A stretch of 64,000 bases of DNA, taken from NCBI GenBank assembly GCA_965221695.1, contig OZ244905.1, positions 2,368,001 through 2,432,000 of the forward strand, in the 5' to 3' direction. The notes beneath the pieces were generated by a model that made no database searches, was not told the DNA's origin, and worked only from the letters and a program-made list of their open reading frames with translations. The DNA is from Gammaproteobacteria bacterium. GTDB taxonomy: Bacteria; Pseudomonadota; Gammaproteobacteria; Eutrophobiales; Eutrophobiaceae. The translations under genes were made by a program, and so were the position numbers. Positions 20,841 through 31,317 of the stretch are shown here, in pieces; the first letter of the stretch is position 1; every line of letters starts with the position of its first letter.

Positions 20841-21857
20841 ATGGCTGCCACCGCGGAAAAAATAAACGAATTGCCGGTTCTTGCCGATGCACACAGCGCA
20901 AGCGAACCGCACCCGACCAACGGCTACAGACGCTTCGAGATCGGCTCGTTCACATTCACCCGGGATGAATATTTTGCCCATATCCGGTGTCCGACCGGGA
21001 CACATGTGATGGACGTGGAGAATTTCCTGCGCTCCCTGATGCGGGATGTGGCCTGGGGCTTTTTCTACGGTTGGGTGAATTTTGACGAGGTGTTCGGCAC
21101 GGTGAACAACTACGGCACGGTGGATGTGTTCATGGGCGCGTACAACCAGGCCTATAAGGACTCCGGCACAGACTTTACCGAACGCTTCGATGCGGACGCG
21201 CTCTTCGCCTGTTTCAAGTCGTTGTTATTGGACTGGACCAATGCCGGCTTTGACCCCTTTGCCGCGCCCCTGGAGACCGGCAGCGCCCGTGGGCCGAAAA
21301 ACGGCAACAACGATGAGGCCGTCAATTTTCAGCGGGAGCTGGCGGAGCGTTTCGTCGGCCTGCCGGGCGACAGTCCCATCCGTTCCGATGAAAACGGGCG
21401 CCCGGTCAACCGGCAGTTCGCCGATGTGGACCAGTCCGAGCCGGCGGTCCACGCGGAGGCCGGGTTCGAAGGCCAACTGGCGGCGTTCAACCTGTTCAAA
21501 TACCTGTCCCGTTCGCCGGTTACCTGGAACCCGTCCATTGTTTCCGTGGTAAAGAGCAGCGCTTACTGCCCGACATCGGAAGAGCACATCCTGCCGGTGG
21601 ACCACGGCAACGACCGGGTGGAGTGGTTCATCCAGATGTCCGATGAGATAACCTGGAAGGTGGCTGACAAGAATACGGCGGCGCCGATGTCCGTGGTAAC
21701 CATGAAGGCCGGTGATGTGGCCTGTATGCCGGCGGACATCCGCCATCGCGGGTTTTCCCCGAAGCGCTCCATGCTGCTGGTCTGGGAGAACCTGACGCCG
21801 GGCCTGGAGAAACGCTACGCAAAAGGTGAGTTGCCGCCCACGCCAGTGACGTTTTAA
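20841..21857 (+). CDS. hapD: Hydroquinone 1,2-dioxygenase large subunit (HapD/PnpD-like cupin)
   Basis: RDVAWGFFYG, WNPS, LPVDHGNDRVEWF (His/Glu Fe ligands), MPADIRH.G.S.KRSMLLVWEN. Confidence 0.88.
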   Translation: MAATAEKINELPVLADAHSASEPHPTNGYRRFEIGSFTFTRDEYFAHIRCPTGTHVMDVENFLRSLMRDVAWGFFYGWVNFDEVFGTVNNYGTVDVFMGAYNQAYKDSGTDFTERFDADALFACFKSLLLDWTNAGFDPFAAPLETGSARGPKNGNNDEAVNFQRELAERFVGLPGDSPIRSDENGRPVNRQFADVDQSEPAVHAEAGFEGQLAAFNLFKYLSRSPVTWNPSIVSVVKSSAYCPTSEEHILPVDHGNDRVEWFIQMSDEITWKVADKNTAAPMSVVTMKAGDVACMPADIRHRGFSPKRSMLLVWENLTPGLEKRYAKGELPPTPVTF

Positions 21858-21874
21858 CAGCTTGCTTTGTTTGA

Positions 21875-21900
21875 CTGGACTCTCGCTTCCGCGGGAGTGG
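21875..21900. repeat. REP-like palindrome / bidirectional terminator between convergent genes
   Basis: CTGG-ACTCTCGC-TTCC-GCGGGAGT hairpin, a degenerate form of the common CTGGATTCCCGC...GCGGGAATGAC repeat. Confidence 0.5.
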
Positions 21901-21932
21901 TCGTTATTCGGTAATACCAGGCTGAGAAAATA

Positions 21933-23033
21933 CTAACGCCAGACTTCCCGCGCGATTTCAACGATCATCTGTAGTTTTTCCCACTGCTGGTCTTCGGTCA
22001 GCAGGTTGCCTTCTTCGGTGGATGCGAACCCGCATTGCGGGCTGAGGCAGAACTGGTTCTGATCGGCAAAGCGGGCTGCTTCCTCTATGCGGCGCAAAAT
22101 GGCGTCTTTTTCCTCCAGGTCGCCGGATTTGGACGTTACCAGACCCAATACGATCCGTTTGTCGCCCCGCGGCAGGAACCGCAAGGGTTCAAAGCCGCCG
22201 GCCCGTTCGGTGTCGTATTCCAGGAAATACCCGTCATAGCCGATTTCCCCCAACAGGATCTCCGCCACCGGATCATAGCCGCCTTCCGCGATCCAACTGG
22301 AGCGGAAGTTGCCGCGGCAGATATGGGTGGTGACCGCCATATCCTCCGGTTTGTCCTGTAACGCGTGATTGATCATGTCGGCATAGACGCGCGGCAGCGA
22401 TTCGGGATCATCGCCGCGCTCCCGGGAAGCCCGCCGCTCTTTTTCGGAGCAAAGATACGCCCACGAGGTTTCATCGAACTGCAGGTAACGGCAGCCGGCG
22501 GCGTAGAAGGCGTGCACGGCCTGGCGATACGCTTCTGCGGTATCGGCAAAAAACTCGTCCAGACCGGGATAGACCTGCTTGCTGATCGAGGCCCTGCCGC
22601 CGCGGAAGTGCAGCACAGTGGGTGATGGTATCGTCATCTTGGCCGTGACCCCGGCGACGCTGTGCAGGTAGCGGAAATGATCGAGCATGAAATGCCCGTC
22701 AAAACCGACCTTGCCGGTCACCGCAATATTCTGCGACTTGGTCTGTACGCCATGAAACTGTATGCCCTCGCTGGTTTCGACCAGTTCCACACCGGACAGC
22801 CCGGCGAGGAAATCGAAGTGCCACCAGGCGCGTCTGAATTCCCCGTCAGTAACGGCTTGCAGGCCAACGGCTTCCTGGCGCGCCACCACTGTGCGAATGC
22901 ACTCATCTTCAATCGATTTGAGGGTATTTGCATCGATTTTGCCGTCTGCAAACTCGGCACGGGCGGTTTTCAGATGGGGCGGCCGCAACAAGCTGCCCAC
23001 GTGATCAGCCCGAAAAGGAGGCTTGGAAGTCAT
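21933..23033 (-). CDS. Cobalamin-independent methionine synthase II family (core MetE C-terminal-like)
   Basis: RADHVGSLLRP, TDGEFRR, Zn motifs HICRGN, FLEYD and SPQCGFAS. Confidence 0.88.
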   Translation of the reverse strand: MTSKPPFRADHVGSLLRPPHLKTARAEFADGKIDANTLKSIEDECIRTVVARQEAVGLQAVTDGEFRRAWWHFDFLAGLSGVELVETSEGIQFHGVQTKSQNIAVTGKVGFDGHFMLDHFRYLHSVAGVTAKMTIPSPTVLHFRGGRASISKQVYPGLDEFFADTAEAYRQAVHAFYAAGCRYLQFDETSWAYLCSEKERRASRERGDDPESLPRVYADMINHALQDKPEDMAVTTHICRGNFRSSWIAEGGYDPVAEILLGEIGYDGYFLEYDTERAGGFEPLRFLPRGDKRIVLGLVTSKSGDLEEKDAILRRIEEAARFADQNQFCLSPQCGFASTEEGNLLTEDQQWEKLQMIVEIAREVWR

Positions 23034-23131
23034 TGGTGTGAGTCCCCCGGTAGTGATAACAGTCTTTCAATTTTAACCTGAATATGCCAAACTCGCATGG
23101 TCTGAATCGTCTGTATCGTCATTTTGCCGGC

Positions 23132-24502
23132 ATGAATGAAGCTATCACGCAGTTAACCGAAAAATTAGGACCGGATGTTATTCTGACCGGCCCTGAGGTA
23201 TCCACGAAATACCATGCCGACAGCTCGGGAGAAACCGCCCATCCCCCGGTAGCCGTTGCCCGACCAGCATCCACCGGGCAGATATCCGACATCCTGCGCA
23301 TCTGTTCATCCGCCGGACAGAAGATAGTGGTGCAGGGCGGTCTGACCGGGTTATGCGGCGGCGCCACACCACAAGGAGAAGAGTTGGCGCTATCCCTGGA
23401 GCGCATGAGCGGAATCGAGGAACTGGACGAGGCATCCATGACCATGACGGTGCTTGCAGGTACCCCCCTGCAAGCCATTCAGGATGCCGCGGATGCGGCA
23501 GGGTTCCTGTTTCCCCTGGACCTGGGCGCACGCGGTTCGTGTAATATCGGCGGAAATATTGCTACCAATGCCGGCGGCAACGAAGTGATCCGCTTCGGCA
23601 TGACCCGCAACCTGATCCTGGGCCTTGAAGTGGTATTGGCCGACGGCACGGTTATCTCCTCATTGAACAAGATGCTGAAGAATAACGCCGGTTATGACTT
23701 GAAGCACCTGTTCATCGGCTCTGAGGGCACCCTGGGCGTGGTCACGCGCGCGGTCTTGCGGCTGTTCGCGAAACCGCAAGGCAGGAGCACGGCGCTGGTC
23801 GCGCTGACTTCTTTTGCCGATGTGGTGCGCTTCCTGCATTTCATGGGCCGGGAGTTTGGCGGCGCGCTCACTTCATTCGAAGTGATGTGGGACAGCTACT
23901 ACAATTACATCATTGAGCATGTTTCGTCAGTCAGCAGCCCGTTTGACGAGCGCTATCCGATCTACGTATTGACCGAAACCAACGATAAATCCGGCCAAAG
24001 CCGCCTCGAAAACGCACTTGCGAGTGAATTGGAGGAAGAACGGATACTGGACGCCGTGATTTGCCAATCCGAACGCGAACGCCAGGCCGTCTGGGCCATA
24101 CGCGATGGCGTTGGCGAAGCCCTGGCCGTGATCCAGGACAATGCCAATTTTGACGTGAGCGTTCCCATTAACAGCATGGCCGATTTTCTGGCGCAGCTTG
24201 AAACGGAGATCCACGCGTTGCTGCCGCGCACAGAGCTGCTGGTTTTCGGGCATATCGGTGACAGTAACCTGCATCTGGTGTTCACCGTTGAACGGAAGGA
24301 TGACAGGCAAACGGTCTATGATGTGGTATACAGACAGGTGGGCGAATACAACGGTTCAATTTCCGCCGAACACGGTATCGGCATGATGAAACGGCAGTAC
24401 CTGCATCAATCCCGGAGCGCAGAAGAACTGGCATTGATGAAGCTGTTAAAGCAGACTCTGGACCCGAACAATATCCTGAACCCTGAACGGGTCCTGGGCT
24501 AA
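23132..24502 (+). CDS. FAD-linked oxidoreductase (D-2-hydroxyglutarate/D-lactate dehydrogenase family)
   Basis: GGNIATNAGG, KNNAGYDL, GSEGTLG, FGHIGDSNLH, SISAEHGIG. Confidence 0.9.
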   Translation: MNEAITQLTEKLGPDVILTGPEVSTKYHADSSGETAHPPVAVARPASTGQISDILRICSSAGQKIVVQGGLTGLCGGATPQGEELALSLERMSGIEELDEASMTMTVLAGTPLQAIQDAADAAGFLFPLDLGARGSCNIGGNIATNAGGNEVIRFGMTRNLILGLEVVLADGTVISSLNKMLKNNAGYDLKHLFIGSEGTLGVVTRAVLRLFAKPQGRSTALVALTSFADVVRFLHFMGREFGGALTSFEVMWDSYYNYIIEHVSSVSSPFDERYPIYVLTETNDKSGQSRLENALASELEEERILDAVICQSERERQAVWAIRDGVGEALAVIQDNANFDVSVPINSMADFLAQLETEIHALLPRTELLVFGHIGDSNLHLVFTVERKDDRQTVYDVVYRQVGEYNGSISAEHGIGMMKRQYLHQSRSAEELALMKLLKQTLDPNNILNPERVLG

Positions 24503-24504
24503 CG

Positions 24505-25359
24505 CTACGCATTGTTCCCGCCGGCTGATTTTTTGAAGGCCTGGTAAATCGAATCCAACTGATGCCACGCAGGGCCGGGTTTGCCGCCGCTAATCGTCCG
24601 GCCGTCGAGTCTGACCACCGGCGCTATGCCCAGCGAGGAACTGGTGAGCCATATTTCATCGGCCTGTTGCAAGCCGGCCAGGCTGATAGGGACTTCCCGG
24701 CATTGATATGCCGATTGGCCGACCAGTTCCACGACCAGGTCGCGGGTGATTCCCGGTAGCAGCCGATTACTCTTGGGCGGGGTGCAGACAGCATCTCCGG
24801 TCACGATGAACACATTGCTTGCCGCACCCTCGGTGATATGTCCGTCCCGGTGTAGAATGGCCTCGATGGAACCGTCTTTCTCCCGTGCATATTGTTTCAA
24901 CATTACGTTCGGCAACAGCGCCACCGCTTTGATATGACAATACTCCCAGCGGATATCCTTATGCAGCACAGCGCTGACGCCATGGCTCACGTCCATCTCC
25001 GGCGATCGTTTGCAGTAGATAAAAACAGTCGGGGTGGAATCTGACTGGAAGAAATGGCTGCGTTCGGCTACTCCCCGGGTAACCTGGATGTAAATCGATG
25101 AATCATCCGACACCCGGTTCCGTCTCAGCAGCTCATCTATCAGTGACTGCCATGTTTCGCGGTCGTAATCCAGACGCAGGGAGATACCATCCAGGCTGTT
25201 GCGCAACCTTTGCAGGTGTTCAGCCAACCTGAACGGTGCGCCGGAAAATACCGGAATGACCTCGTAGACTCCGTCGGCAAAAATAAAACCCCGGTCCAGC
25301 ACAGGGACCTGCGCCTGCTCCAGCGGGATGAATTTGCCGTTCAGGTATACTGTCGTCAA
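24505..25359 (-). CDS. dat: D-amino acid aminotransferase (class IV PLP)
   Basis: DRGFIFADGVYEV, HIKAVALL, EGAASN, LPGITR. Confidence 0.9.
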   Translation of the reverse strand: MTTVYLNGKFIPLEQAQVPVLDRGFIFADGVYEVIPVFSGAPFRLAEHLQRLRNSLDGISLRLDYDRETWQSLIDELLRRNRVSDDSSIYIQVTRGVAERSHFFQSDSTPTVFIYCKRSPEMDVSHGVSAVLHKDIRWEYCHIKAVALLPNVMLKQYAREKDGSIEAILHRDGHITEGAASNVFIVTGDAVCTPPKSNRLLPGITRDLVVELVGQSAYQCREVPISLAGLQQADEIWLTSSSLGIAPVVRLDGRTISGGKPGPAWHQLDSIYQAFKKSAGGNNA

Positions 25360-26507
25360 TTTCGGTTTTGATTCAGCAGTTTGATGTGGTCTCTGAGCCG
25401 GATAAGGAAACTGCCTGCCGGAATGGTTTCAGACGCGACCAGCGGCATGATTGCAATAACCTCTTCATCCAGCGACAGCTCCAGTTGCCCCAGTTTCTGC
25501 CCTGCTTCAATCGGCGCAGTCGGGTTTTCCTCAACCGTCATTACCGTCTCAATTCGGTCGTAGTGTGCCTTGGCCATGGTCATTACCAGCTCTTCTTCCA
25601 CCACGAGTTCCAGGCTGTCGCGTTCCCCTTTCCATACTTTTATGTCCGTTACCTTCTCGCCGGCGCGGTAGAGTGTCCTGGTTTCAAAATACCTGTAGGC
25701 ATAACTCAGCAATGCTTGCGTGGCCTTGGTCCTGGCAGCCTCGCCGGATGTTCCCATGACTACCGAGACCAGGCGTACTCCATCCCGCAGCGCCGAGGCT
25801 ACCAGGCAGTAACCTGCGCTTTCGGTATGGCCGGTCTTTATCCCGTCCACGCTCGCATCATTCCACAACAGGCTGTTCCGGTTCGGTTGTTTTATATTGT
25901 TGTAGGTGAATTCCTTTATCGAATGCAGCGCATAGACCTCAGGATAATCCCTGATCAGGGCACGCGCCAGAATCCCCAGGTCCCCGGCCGTCGTATAATG
26001 ATTTTCGTCAGGCCAGCCGGAACTGTTCACGTAATGGCTGTGCTTCATCCCCAGCTCGGCCGCGTATTGGTTCATCAGGTCGGCGAAAGCCTCTTCAGTA
26101 CCGGAAATGTGCTCCGCCAATGCCACGCTGGCATCATTGCCGGATTGGATTATCACGCCTTTCAACAGGTCTTCGACACTGACCTGCTTCCCTGCCTCAA
26201 TGAACATGCGCGATCCTCCCATGCGCCATGCCCGCTCACTGACGGTTACCTGGTCGGTCATCGAGATATGGCCGCCGGAGATTTGGCTGGCTGCCACGAA
26301 GGCGGTCATGATCTTCGTGAGGCTGGCGGGGTCTACCCTGCGGTCTGTATTTTTTTCGGCCAGGTAAGACCCGGTGTCCGCGTCCATGATCAAGTAGGAG
26401 ACAGCTTCGATCTCCGGTGGCGGCGGCACGACTGTGACAGCAGCGGAGGGACTTATCAGGCTGATACCGACAAGCAGGGCAAGCAGTTTAACTCTGAGGT
26501 AATTCAT
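25356..26507 (-). CDS. dacA: D-alanyl-D-alanine carboxypeptidase (PBP5/6)
   Basis: ASLTK, SGN and KTG motifs; signal peptide. Confidence 0.93.
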   Translation of the reverse strand: MNYLRVKLLALLVGISLISPSAAVTVVPPPPEIEAVSYLIMDADTGSYLAEKNTDRRVDPASLTKIMTAFVAASQISGGHISMTDQVTVSERAWRMGGSRMFIEAGKQVSVEDLLKGVIIQSGNDASVALAEHISGTEEAFADLMNQYAAELGMKHSHYVNSSGWPDENHYTTAGDLGILARALIRDYPEVYALHSIKEFTYNNIKQPNRNSLLWNDASVDGIKTGHTESAGYCLVASALRDGVRLVSVVMGTSGEAARTKATQALLSYAYRYFETRTLYRAGEKVTDIKVWKGERDSLELVVEEELVMTMAKAHYDRIETVMTVEENPTAPIEAGQKLGQLELSLDEEVIAIMPLVASETIPAGSFLIRLRDHIKLLNQNRN

Positions 26508-26545
26508 AATGTCATGTTATACAAGCAGATAAAGGTACAGGTGGA

Positions 26546-27388
26546 TCATTCCAGCAGGATACGGTGATCGTGGATATCAAACAGTTCCAAGCGGCCGACA
26601 ATACCGTCGGCAATATCGATATCAGTCATCGGGCCGATTATAACCCGAAACGCGGCAGCGCCATTTAACGTGGTTTCGTCTATCCTGACCGGGGCTTCCA
26701 GTCCCTGCAGCCTGGTTTTCAGGTTTCTGGCATTATTGTAGTCGGAAAAGACGCCTACCTGTATGTAAAAATCCAATGGCTTGCGTTGTTCCCGGGACCG
26801 GGTCACAACGGGAGCGCCTCCCGTTTTATGTGCACGCGGATTGATAGCGCTGATTTCCACCAGGGCCGTTCCTTTCGCAATCATATCCAGCTTCAGCGCG
26901 GCCGTATAGGATAAGTCAACCACGCGGTTGTCGTGGAACGGACCCCGGTCATTGACCCGGACAATGATTTTTCTGCCGTTCTCCAGGTTTTTTACTTCCA
27001 GGTAAGTAGGCAGGGGCAATGTCTTGTGGGCCGCGGTCATTGCGTACATGTCGTAAATCTCGCCACTGGAGGTCTTTTTCCCATGGAATTTCGGCCCGTA
27101 CCATGAAGCGATGCCTTTTTGGGTAAATCCATCACTGCTGTCCAACACGTAATACCTTTTCCCGAACACTTCATAGGTTTTCATGTTGCCGGATGCGCTT
27201 CTCGGTTCAACCTTGGGTACGGCATCAGGGATTTTCACCAATTCCGCCGGCGTCCGTGTTGCGCCGGTATCTTTTTGGGGTGCAGTGGAACAGGCTGAAA
27301 TGACTGCGAGTAGCGAAATCAGTGTGACGATTTTTGTCACAGAGATCACACACTGGGTCGGAAAATTTGTTAAAGTGGCTTTACTCAC
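26546..27388 (-). CDS. rlpA: Septal lytic transglycosylase lipoprotein RlpA
   Basis: Lipobox ISAC, GIASWYG, TAAHKTLPLP, VNDRGPF, C-terminal SPOR domain. Confidence 0.93.
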   Translation of the reverse strand: MSKATLTNFPTQCVISVTKIVTLISLLAVISACSTAPQKDTGATRTPAELVKIPDAVPKVEPRSASGNMKTYEVFGKRYYVLDSSDGFTQKGIASWYGPKFHGKKTSSGEIYDMYAMTAAHKTLPLPTYLEVKNLENGRKIIVRVNDRGPFHDNRVVDLSYTAALKLDMIAKGTALVEISAINPRAHKTGGAPVVTRSREQRKPLDFYIQVGVFSDYNNARNLKTRLQGLEAPVRIDETTLNGAAAFRVIIGPMTDIDIADGIVGRLELFDIHDHRILLE

Positions 27389-28365
27389 GCGCCGGCCTGG
27401 TATTGCATCCTGATTGCCTCCGCCAACTGGAAAACTGCCATTGCATACAGTGCGCTGTGGTTATATCTCGTAATCACGTAGAAGTTATGCAGCGCCAGCC
27501 AGTACTCGTATCCGTCCCGGTTTTCAAGCTCGAGCAATTTTACCGGTTCTGAAGCCTCGATTTCAGTCTCGGCAGTGACGCCGGCCTCAATCATGTCCGC
27601 CATCACCAGTTTCGGCTCAAGACCGTCGGTCAGCAATGCGGAAATATCGCTGTCGGGTACGTTTACAGGACGGGTTATTTCAGCATCTTTCTTCCATCCA
27701 TGTTCCAGGAGGTAATTGCCGACACTGCCGATTGCGTCCGCCGGGTTGTCCCAGATATCTGTGAGGCCGTCCCCGTCGAAATCAACCGCATAGGCCCGGT
27801 AGCTGCTCGGCATGAATTGCGGGATACCCATTGCCCCGGCATAGGAACCCGACAACCTGTGCGGGTCGATTGATTGTTCCCGGACAAGCAATAAAAAATG
27901 TTTCAGTTCCGAAGTAAAAAACCTGCTCCGTTTCGGATAATCAAACGCCAGGGTCGAAAGTGAATCGATAACCTTGAAACCGCCTGTAATACGCCCGTAT
28001 TTTGTCTCGACTCCTATAATCGCAACCAGAATTTCTATCGGAATACCGTATTTTTCCGCGGCGCGCTCAAGCTCTGCGGCATTACTGCGCCAGAATTCCG
28101 CGCCGCCCCGTATGCGTCCGGGTTTGATGAATATCGCCCTGTAACGGCGCCATGGAAGCGCTTCGGCCGGCCTGGTCATCGCGGCAATGACTTTTTCCGA
28201 TAGCTCGACCCTGCCGAGGATGTTATTCAGCTCTTCGGCGTCATACATGTGTTCCGTAACCATTTCGTTGATAAATGACGCAACGTCCGGACGTTGCAGC
28301 AGGTCTGCCCTGACATCGGCGAGAGTGAAGAACATCAGTCCGATAATAACCGGCGAGTATTTCAT
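27385..28365 (-). CDS. mltB: Lytic murein transglycosylase B
   Basis: GVETKYG, GSYAGAMG.PQFMPSS, VDFDGDG, YNHS. Confidence 0.94.
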   Translation of the reverse strand: MKYSPVIIGLMFFTLADVRADLLQRPDVASFINEMVTEHMYDAEELNNILGRVELSEKVIAAMTRPAEALPWRRYRAIFIKPGRIRGGAEFWRSNAAELERAAEKYGIPIEILVAIIGVETKYGRITGGFKVIDSLSTLAFDYPKRSRFFTSELKHFLLLVREQSIDPHRLSGSYAGAMGIPQFMPSSYRAYAVDFDGDGLTDIWDNPADAIGSVGNYLLEHGWKKDAEITRPVNVPDSDISALLTDGLEPKLVMADMIEAGVTAETEIEASEPVKLLELENRDGYEYWLALHNFYVITRYNHSALYAMAVFQLAEAIRMQYQAGA

Positions 28366-28366
28366 A

Positions 28367-29458
28367 TTAATTCGACAGCAGTCTTCTGTGAGTGTGAACA
28401 GCCATGAGGATACCGAAACCTGCCATGATAGTCATCATCGATGTGCCGCCATGGCTGATAAGCGGCAACGGTATGCCCACTACGGGCAATTGTCCCGACA
28501 CCATACCCATATTCACGGCGATATAAACAAAAAAACCGGCTATCACACCCACACCGAGCAGCTTTCCGTACAAGTGCTGAGATTGCACGGAAATATACAG
28601 TCCCCGGGCAATAATGAACAGATACAGGCTGACCAGGACCAGCACCCCGATCAACCCGAATTCCTCGCAAAATACCGCGAAAATGAAATCGGTCGATCTT
28701 TCCGGCAGGAATTCGAGGTGAGACTGGGTTCCGTTGAGCCAGCCTTTGCCATATAGCCCCCCCGAGCCGATTGCGATCTTGGATTGTATGATGTGGTAGC
28801 CGGAACCGAGCGGGTCCTGTTCCGGGTCCAGGAATGTCAACACCCGTGTTTTCTGGTAATCGTGCATCAGGTTCCATATCACCGGCGCCGAGGAGACGGC
28901 TGCCACCGCAAACCCTGCCAGGAGTTTCCAGCTTATGCCGGCGATGAACAGGACGGCAAAGCCGCTGACGGCTATCAGCAAGGCCGTGCCGAGATCCGGT
29001 TGTTTCGCCACCAGGAGTACGGGAGCGCTGATGAACAACAATACAATAAACACTCTTGTGACAGTGGGGGGTGGCGGCGTCATGCTGAGATACAGGGCAA
29101 TCACCATGGGCAGCGCCAGTTTCATCAATTCCGACGGTTGAAAACGAAACGGGCCGAAGCCGAGCCAGCGCTGCGCCCCTTTGCCCATTTCGCCAAAGAA
29201 CAGGACCAGCGCCAGCAGGCCGAGACTGACAAGATAGAACCAAAGCGAGGCCCCCGACAAGCGCGCAGGCGGAATTTGGGCAATCGCGAACATGACCACC
29301 AAGGCCGTCACCAGGTGCACTGAACGGCGAATCATCATATCCATATTCTGGTTGCTGGCGCTGTACAGTACCACGTAACCGATCAGGCTCAACGCGATGA
29401 TTCCCAGCAACAAAGGCGTGTCAATGTGTAATCTTTGCGCCAGGGATTCCTGTTTCAT
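28367..29458 (-). CDS. rodA: Rod shape-determining SEDS protein RodA
   Basis: GAQRW, QPSE..K, QPDLG, LPE..TDFIF. Confidence 0.95.
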   Translation of the reverse strand: MKQESLAQRLHIDTPLLLGIIALSLIGYVVLYSASNQNMDMMIRRSVHLVTALVVMFAIAQIPPARLSGASLWFYLVSLGLLALVLFFGEMGKGAQRWLGFGPFRFQPSELMKLALPMVIALYLSMTPPPPTVTRVFIVLLFISAPVLLVAKQPDLGTALLIAVSGFAVLFIAGISWKLLAGFAVAAVSSAPVIWNLMHDYQKTRVLTFLDPEQDPLGSGYHIIQSKIAIGSGGLYGKGWLNGTQSHLEFLPERSTDFIFAVFCEEFGLIGVLVLVSLYLFIIARGLYISVQSQHLYGKLLGVGVIAGFFVYIAVNMGMVSGQLPVVGIPLPLISHGGTSMMTIMAGFGILMAVHTHRRLLSN

Positions 29459-31317
29459 CCGGCGCTTGCCCTTTTTTTCCCGTGAAAATAATGATCCAGC
29501 AATTCCCTGGCTATCGGGGCCGCAGTTGTTGAACCGCTGCCGCCGTTTTCAACGATGACGGCCATCGCTATCTCGGGCGCCTGGACCGGCGCAAATGCAA
29601 TAAACAGGGCATGATCACGAAATTCCTCGGGAATTTCATCCTCATCATACTCTTCATCCTGCCCGATGTTGATGACCTGGGCCGTGCCGGTCTTTCCCGC
29701 AATGTAATACTCTGCGCCCGCGCCGGCGGCGCGCGCCGTCCCTTTTTCTCCATGTAAAACCTCCTCCATCGAATGTATGATCACGTCCCAGTTTTCAGGG
29801 TCGGCAAATACGGTTTGTTTGCCTGCCTGTTCAGGCGCCCTGATTACCAGTTGTCCGGTGGCTGAATCCCTTACTTCCGCCAGCAGGTATGGGCGAACCT
29901 GTCTGCCGCGGTTTGCGACGATTGCTGTGGCCGTGACCAACTGTATCGGTGTGACCAGGGTAGCGCCTTGTCCTATCCCGGTTATCAGGGTTTCCCCGGG
30001 GAACCAGGTTTGACCCTGGGCCTCACGCTTCCATTGGGCTGACGGAATCAAGCCTGCGGCCTCGCCGCCGATATCGATGCCAGTCGGTTTGCCGAAACCG
30101 AAACCCATCAATGTCCGGTGGAGATCGTCGATTCCCATGTCGTGGGCCAGGATATAAAAATACACATCACAGGACTGGGCGATGGCATTGACCACATCGA
30201 TATGGCCGTGCCCCTCTCTCTTCCAGTCCCGGTAACGGCGGGTACTGCCTTTCAACGAATACCAACCAGGACACCAGGTCTCGTTATCAGGCTCGCGCAA
30301 CTGTAAATTCAGGCCGCCCAGGGCCAGCATGGGTTTTATCGTAGAACCGGGTGGATATTTGCCTTGCAAGGCCCGGTTCAACAACGGGGTGTCTTTTGAT
30401 TGCAGCAACCTGCGAAAAACAGTTCTGTCGATACCGTCTATAAAGAGGTTGGGATCGTAACCGGGGGAACTGGCGGAAGCCAGCACTGCCCCGCTGCGCG
30501 CATCCATCGCGACTATCGCGCCCCGTCTGCCGCTAAGGGCTTGCATGGCAAGGATTTGCAGTGAGGCATCAATGGTAAGGTGCAGGTTTTTACTCGGTTC
30601 CGGATGTTCCTTGTGAATTTCGCGAATTTTTCTTCCCTGTGCGTTGACCTCCACCTGTTGGTAGCCCACATGGCCATGCAACAGGTCTTCGTAGGCTTTC
30701 TCGATTCCCGATTTGCCGATATAGGTTGTACCGCGGTAGTTCGATTTGTTCAGTTGCTCGAATTCATCCTCATCTATCATTCCTACATAGCCTAGCGTGT
30801 GCGACAGACTTTCCGCCAGGGGGTAATGCCGGCTTGAACTCGCGACAATATCGATGCCGGGAAGCAGGTGACGATTTACTGAAATCAGCGCGACCTCCTC
30901 ATCACTCAAGTTGAGCCTGAGGGGAATCCCTTCAAAGCGGCGGCTTCTTTTCCGTAATTCACCGAAACGTTGAATGTCATCCGGCATGATGGTGATAAGT
31001 TGTTTTACCTGACCGATAACTGCCTCCAAATCCGAGACTTTTTCAGGCGCCAACTCCAGTGTGAACGAAGGGCGATTATCCGCCAGCAAAACGCCGTCAC
31101 TACTGTAAATCAGACCTCGGGAAGGCGCCACGGGCAAGATTTTAATATGGTTGCTCTTAGACAAGGTTGTGAAATGCTCATGTCTCACAACTTGGAGATA
31201 GAAAATCTGGTACAGGATCAGCAAAGTGACTGCCAGGATCAAGACCGTTGTCAAGTAGATTCTGGTATGGATCAGATTGGTTTTCCAGCCAGGATCAATG
31301 TTCGTATCAATTAACAT
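29455..31317 (-). CDS. mrdA: Penicillin-binding protein 2
   Basis: PGSTIK, SCD and KTGTAQ motifs; N-terminal TM helix. Confidence 0.95.
   Translation of the reverse strand: MLIDTNIDPGWKTNLIHTRIYLTTVLILAVTLLILYQIFYLQVVRHEHFTTLSKSNHIKILPVAPSRGLIYSSDGVLLADNRPSFTLELAPEKVSDLEAVIGQVKQLITIMPDDIQRFGELRKRSRRFEGIPLRLNLSDEEVALISVNRHLLPGIDIVASSSRHYPLAESLSHTLGYVGMIDEDEFEQLNKSNYRGTTYIGKSGIEKAYEDLLHGHVGYQQVEVNAQGRKIREIHKEHPEPSKNLHLTIDASLQILAMQALSGRRGAIVAMDARSGAVLASASSPGYDPNLFIDGIDRTVFRRLLQSKDTPLLNRALQGKYPPGSTIKPMLALGGLNLQLREPDNETWCPGWYSLKGSTRRYRDWKREGHGHIDVVNAIAQSCDVYFYILAHDMGIDDLHRTLMGFGFGKPTGIDIGGEAAGLIPSAQWKREAQGQTWFPGETLITGIGQGATLVTPIQLVTATAIVANRGRQVRPYLLAEVRDSATGQLVIRAPEQAGKQTVFADPENWDVIIHSMEEVLHGEKGTARAAGAGAEYYIAGKTGTAQVINIGQDEEYDEDEIPEEFRDHALFIAFAPVQAPEIAMAVIVENGGSGSTTAAPIARELLDHYFHGKKRASAG

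Noticed and set aside
25368-26567. 399-aa plus-strand ORF
   Set aside because: Exact antisense shadow of dacA with no recognisable motifs.
28362-29243. 293-aa alternative-frame ORF
   Set aside because: Lies within the intact rodA gene and has an implausible Arg/Pro-rich composition.
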